Shown here: piece after piece, positions 60,501 through 64,000 of the stretch
How the letters are laid out: each line of letters opens with the position of its first letter
Numbering within the stretch: the first letter of the stretch is position 1
NCBI GenBank assembly: GCA_040954595.2
Contig: CM082578.2
Location: 7,797,519 to 7,861,518 of the forward strand
Source: Balanoglossus misakiensis
Lineage: Eukaryota; Animalia; Hemichordata
Direction of reading: 5' to 3'
Length of the DNA: 64,000 nucleotides
Program-made: the position numbers and the translations under genes
Notes under the pieces: model-generated
The model's input: the letters and a program-made list of their open reading frames with translations, nothing else
Database searches by the model: none
Told to the model about the DNA's origin: nothing

Positions 60501-61004
60501 TTTTGAACTGTGGCGGCGCTAAAATTTTGTGGAGGTACAAAGTTGCTGCCTCTATACGTTATTTTGTAAAGCTCCAATGAACGGCCACTTACTTAGCATA
60601 TTTTACTCTATAAACACCATCTGTATCCCTCTTTTGCAGACTACGCCAATTCTTTCCATCAGTTTAATTCAGACACGGAGCGACTCGCAGATCCCAACAT
60701 GTTCTACAACATGGATGCGCCACCAGAATACTCGGTGTGCGTGAACGCCGATGGCGTCGCTTCTCACCAGCTGCCGGGACATTCCGATTCTTCCCAAAGT
60801 GGCCGCGAGAACGCCGACTCGAATATAAACGTCGACGGCATCCCCGACGAACCACCCCCAAGTTACGATGACTGCACGTCGGGCCAACCCATGCTGGAAA
60901 ACAGTCCTTCTGAGACAGCTAGCGCCACCAGCGGCCAAAATCAGGACAATCCGGGCGAACCAAAGGAAGAAAGCGAACTGAATCCAAACGAAAGCACTGC
61001 ATGA
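56652..61004 (+). CDS. Single-pass membrane protein: signal peptide, 2 CUB-like, LDL-receptor class A, 2 EGF-like, TM, cytoplasmic tail with two PPxY motifs (~567 aa)
   Basis: 10 phase-consistent exons: 56652-56736 (MDAYMLLLLLVTPLLLEAQP...), 57082-57275 (GVFTSPNFPDRYP...VKLIFDDF), 57577-57772 (MKIEFTSVS...GFKATY), 58072-58218, 58611-58826, 59005-59139 (CPDDYYLCSTTDMCVSESLTCDSVNHCGDWSDESTYTC, LDLa), 59459-59566 (EGF, CICDEGYYGENC), 59920-60021 (EGF, CYNGGYC...CVCPESFYGAQC), 60334-60489 (TM then RRR), 60640-61004 (PPEY, PPPSY). Probable 5' UTR exon ends at donor 55807; AATAAA near 61738 and 61816. Confidence 0.9.
57503..57568. repeat. Compound (TTTA)n(TCTG)n microsatellite at a 3' splice site
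   Basis: Directly visible, immediately upstream of the acceptor at 57576. Confidence 0.95.
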
Positions 61005-64000
61005 GAGGTTGACCATGCATTGTCTGATGACAGAAACGTCAACCCTAAACGGATTTTATTATTCGAGTCGCACACGTCTAATCGCTTTAAGGGAAAAGTC
61101 CCTAACTTTTGACAAGAGATAAAATAACCCAAATCTGAAAAGTTAGTGACTTTTATCCCTCTCAAAGTGCCAGTCGTTTTTTCTTCTTCATATTTTGAAC
61201 ATTTAGATCTGCAGACTTTTTACTAACTACGTGTGATGACTGAAATCAGTATTACTAAACTATGAATACAGGCCCTGATCCTGGCAACAGATTTACCCGC
61301 TCATCCTCAGCTGGTGAGTGTATTTATTACATTTCAGAGGATTCCTGTGATAGTGTTGATGGGCTTCCACAGACGGCTGGGTCTAATTTGACTTTCAAAC
61401 TTTTACTGGTAAAACATTGAAAACAGATACTACCGAAAACACAAATCTGGGAAAATTACTTTTGAAACAGCACCTGTTATTTTTGAGTCTCTCAGTTACA
61501 ATCAACAAAAAATGACGATTCGAATTTGAAACCTTCATGCTAACATTGAAAGCTCTAGACGCAAGTACTCGCGTGCGCACGCAAGGGCACACGCACACAC
61601 ACACACAATAACCCAGTAAAAGCCGGGAATGCAAGTGTTTAATGGTCCAGTCTGGTGCATTCAAGTTACCTGCACACCAATTTGTTTAGACATATATAAT
61701 TTCAATATCTTCAACATTTGGTATTTAGGATGTGAAATAATAAATATAGCAATATGTATGTGTTCTTATTTTAAACTTTGTACATTGCATTTATGCATTT
61801 GAAAAAAAAATGTAAAATAAAAATTTGAGAGTGACTGCTTACTGACTTCTGGTATGGAAGTAGGTTTCATTTTTTTCATCCTGCTTAAATTTGATTTTCA
61901 GACAAATCGAGAAAAAACTCCTTCCCACTCTGCTGCTGTTTAATCTCATCATTTTCAATGGAAAGGTTACAGGTATACTGTCACCTATGCAAATTTAGCT
62001 ACAGTTACTATGGCAAATTGAGATCCAGACAATCACTGATGTTCTGTGGCACACATGAAAAAAGAGTGCCACCATATATTCTTAAAACACTCAGGTACGC
62101 CATTTTAGCCATAACTGGAGTGGACATATGTAGTCTGTCTTTAACTACGGAAGCAAGCTCAGTATCAAAGGTAAATGACACAAACACTGAAGATGCCCAT
62201 GGTAGAAATTTGAGGCTTAGAATATTGTACATGCGATGATGGGTATGCGAACATCTGGGCACCCAGTGAAGTTAAATCAAAACCACAAGTACAAAAGTCA
62301 TTGCGTGAACAAAGAAGTTCCATTTTATTTGCCTGTATTGTAACTAAAGAATTTATGAAGGCTGCAAAGCTGATGCAGAAAAATTGATTGTCTCTCAACA
62401 AAATCACAGTTTGTTTGGGGAGTCTATGCTGAATTATGCATTATGAGATTAGGAGCATAAGGATTTGGTCTTCATGAACATTGGTAAAGTTGAAACTGTT
62501 GATATCAAAAAATCCCAACTCCAGAATATAATGTTACACATTGACTACCAAATTGGTCTACAGATAGTAGATGTCATGCAAAAGCAGTACAAACACAAAG
62601 GAATAAACAAATATGCATGTTTCTATGTTGGATTAGAAACATGGGTTTGTTTGTGCTGGTCCATTCGAATTCTGGAATTTAATCACTGAGCAAGCAGCAA
62701 CGTGCATGGGCTAATCAAATTGAAATACAGTGAAACTTGTCTAAAGGACACCCTTCAGAACACCTGGAGTGCCCTTAAAAGTCTACAGTACACAAAATGC
62801 AGTATTAGGCTTGAAAGAGATGGTTTTGAATTATATGAGTCATACATTCCATTGGTGGAATTGTTGATTTTGTATTTTGAAAATTACAAGTCAATTTCCG
62901 TTGTGAATCTCCAGATAATGTTCTGTTTTGTCCATCCAGGTTTGAACTTGTAAAATTCAGACAGTTGTTCATGCACTATCCAAAATCATTACTTGTCAGC
63001 CGTCATGTTTCATCCATACTCGAGTTGTTTCATACAAATTAACATCCCATACGCTTCTGCACTCTTGTCAGTTTCAGGGGTCGTACATGTACACTCGTGG
63101 CTAAATACATTTGCCATGTCTTCCCAGGAGCGAGTTTCATTTCATAAGAACGTGTGGGCAAAGTGCTCATTACCAGGACAAGAGCTGTCTACATTTAATT
63201 TTACATGGCGTGATGAGATCCCACTGTTATACCCATGTGGCCGGGCTGACTGACAGATGGATGGCCGAGATGAACATGACCATTTTGCAGTCAGATTGCA
63301 CTGCTCAGAACTGCACAAATCCAACTTCTGACTTAGAACTGACATTTCAAATTAAAACATTTCTGGTCTCAATGTCATTACACTCTTTACCATTGTCTAT
63401 TCATGGATCATTTTGGCTTTGATTGACGGGCATGAGGCTTTGTAATATATCAATGTTCTAAAGAAGAAAAACCCAATGAAATATATGAAATAGTGAACAA
63501 CATCTAAAGTGAAAATATGAGTAATCAACCAGATTTGAACAAAATTCATTGTTGTTGGATTAGCAGTTTTCAGTGCCAAAAATTATATAAACCTTTTCAG
63601 TATTTAACATTACTCAGGCACTGAATAAACCTGTTGCGTCATCCTGACACAAACAAAATCTTTCATACGAGATGAACGTTGTAAGCGACCATACTTCCAG
63701 CCGTCACAATCAAAATTCATTCTTAAACTCTTCAAATGGATCCATTATTCAAACACTGTACAGATATTCAGAGATTCAATATTTTATCTTCTCGGATAAA
63801 AAACCCCAATGCTTTTCACAAATAGAATATGGCTCCAAATTTGCCAGTTTATCTCGAACGGATATTGCAATCAGTTTTTTTCAACTACAGGGTGTATCAT
63901 CATTAATACCCAGCAGTAAGATGACTTTGATTGGAGAGAGAATGAAAATGAAAAGAGATGTGAACATTATTTTTTAAAGACTTTCTCTGAGCACGTGTTT

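Noticed and set aside
61900-64000. Short ORFs and CpG-poor sequence at the right end
   Set aside because: No recognisable domain or consistent exon chain on either strand; it may be UTR or intron of a neighbouring gene but cannot be called.

Overview
AT-rich, intron-rich animal genomic DNA, probably from a marine invertebrate (deuterostome-like; organism is inference only). All genes I can support are on the + strand. In order: (1) the last four exons of an SLC6 Na+/Cl- neurotransmitter/amino-acid transporter (1-5029); (2) plexin-1, a complete 36-coding-exon plexin (10005-29647, ~2013 aa) with GAP arginines and RBD retained; (3) plexin-2, a tandem paralogue (34387-53969, 31 coding exons, ~1810 aa); (4) a CUB-CUB-LDLa-EGF-EGF single-pass receptor with PPxY motifs (56652-61004). 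The main observation is the plexin pair. Their Sema domains are ~96% identical, apparently through patchy gene conversion. Plexin-2 has lost the five RBD/linker exons and the AFAELQTD juxtamembrane segment, and carries an R->K change in the GAP RR motif. Its C-terminal tail has nine YxxL/I/V motifs, forming three canonical-spacing ITAMs plus a fourth ITAM-like pair. This looks like a paired-receptor system in which a plexin was converted into a candidate phosphotyrosine/ITAM receptor. Also present: a 3.6-kb 87-88-bp satellite with 790-bp higher-order structure inside a plexin-2 intron, a perfect 72-bp palindrome, MITE-like elements and microsatellites. Exon coordinates were read by hand from GT/AG sites and reading-phase consistency; no database searches were run.
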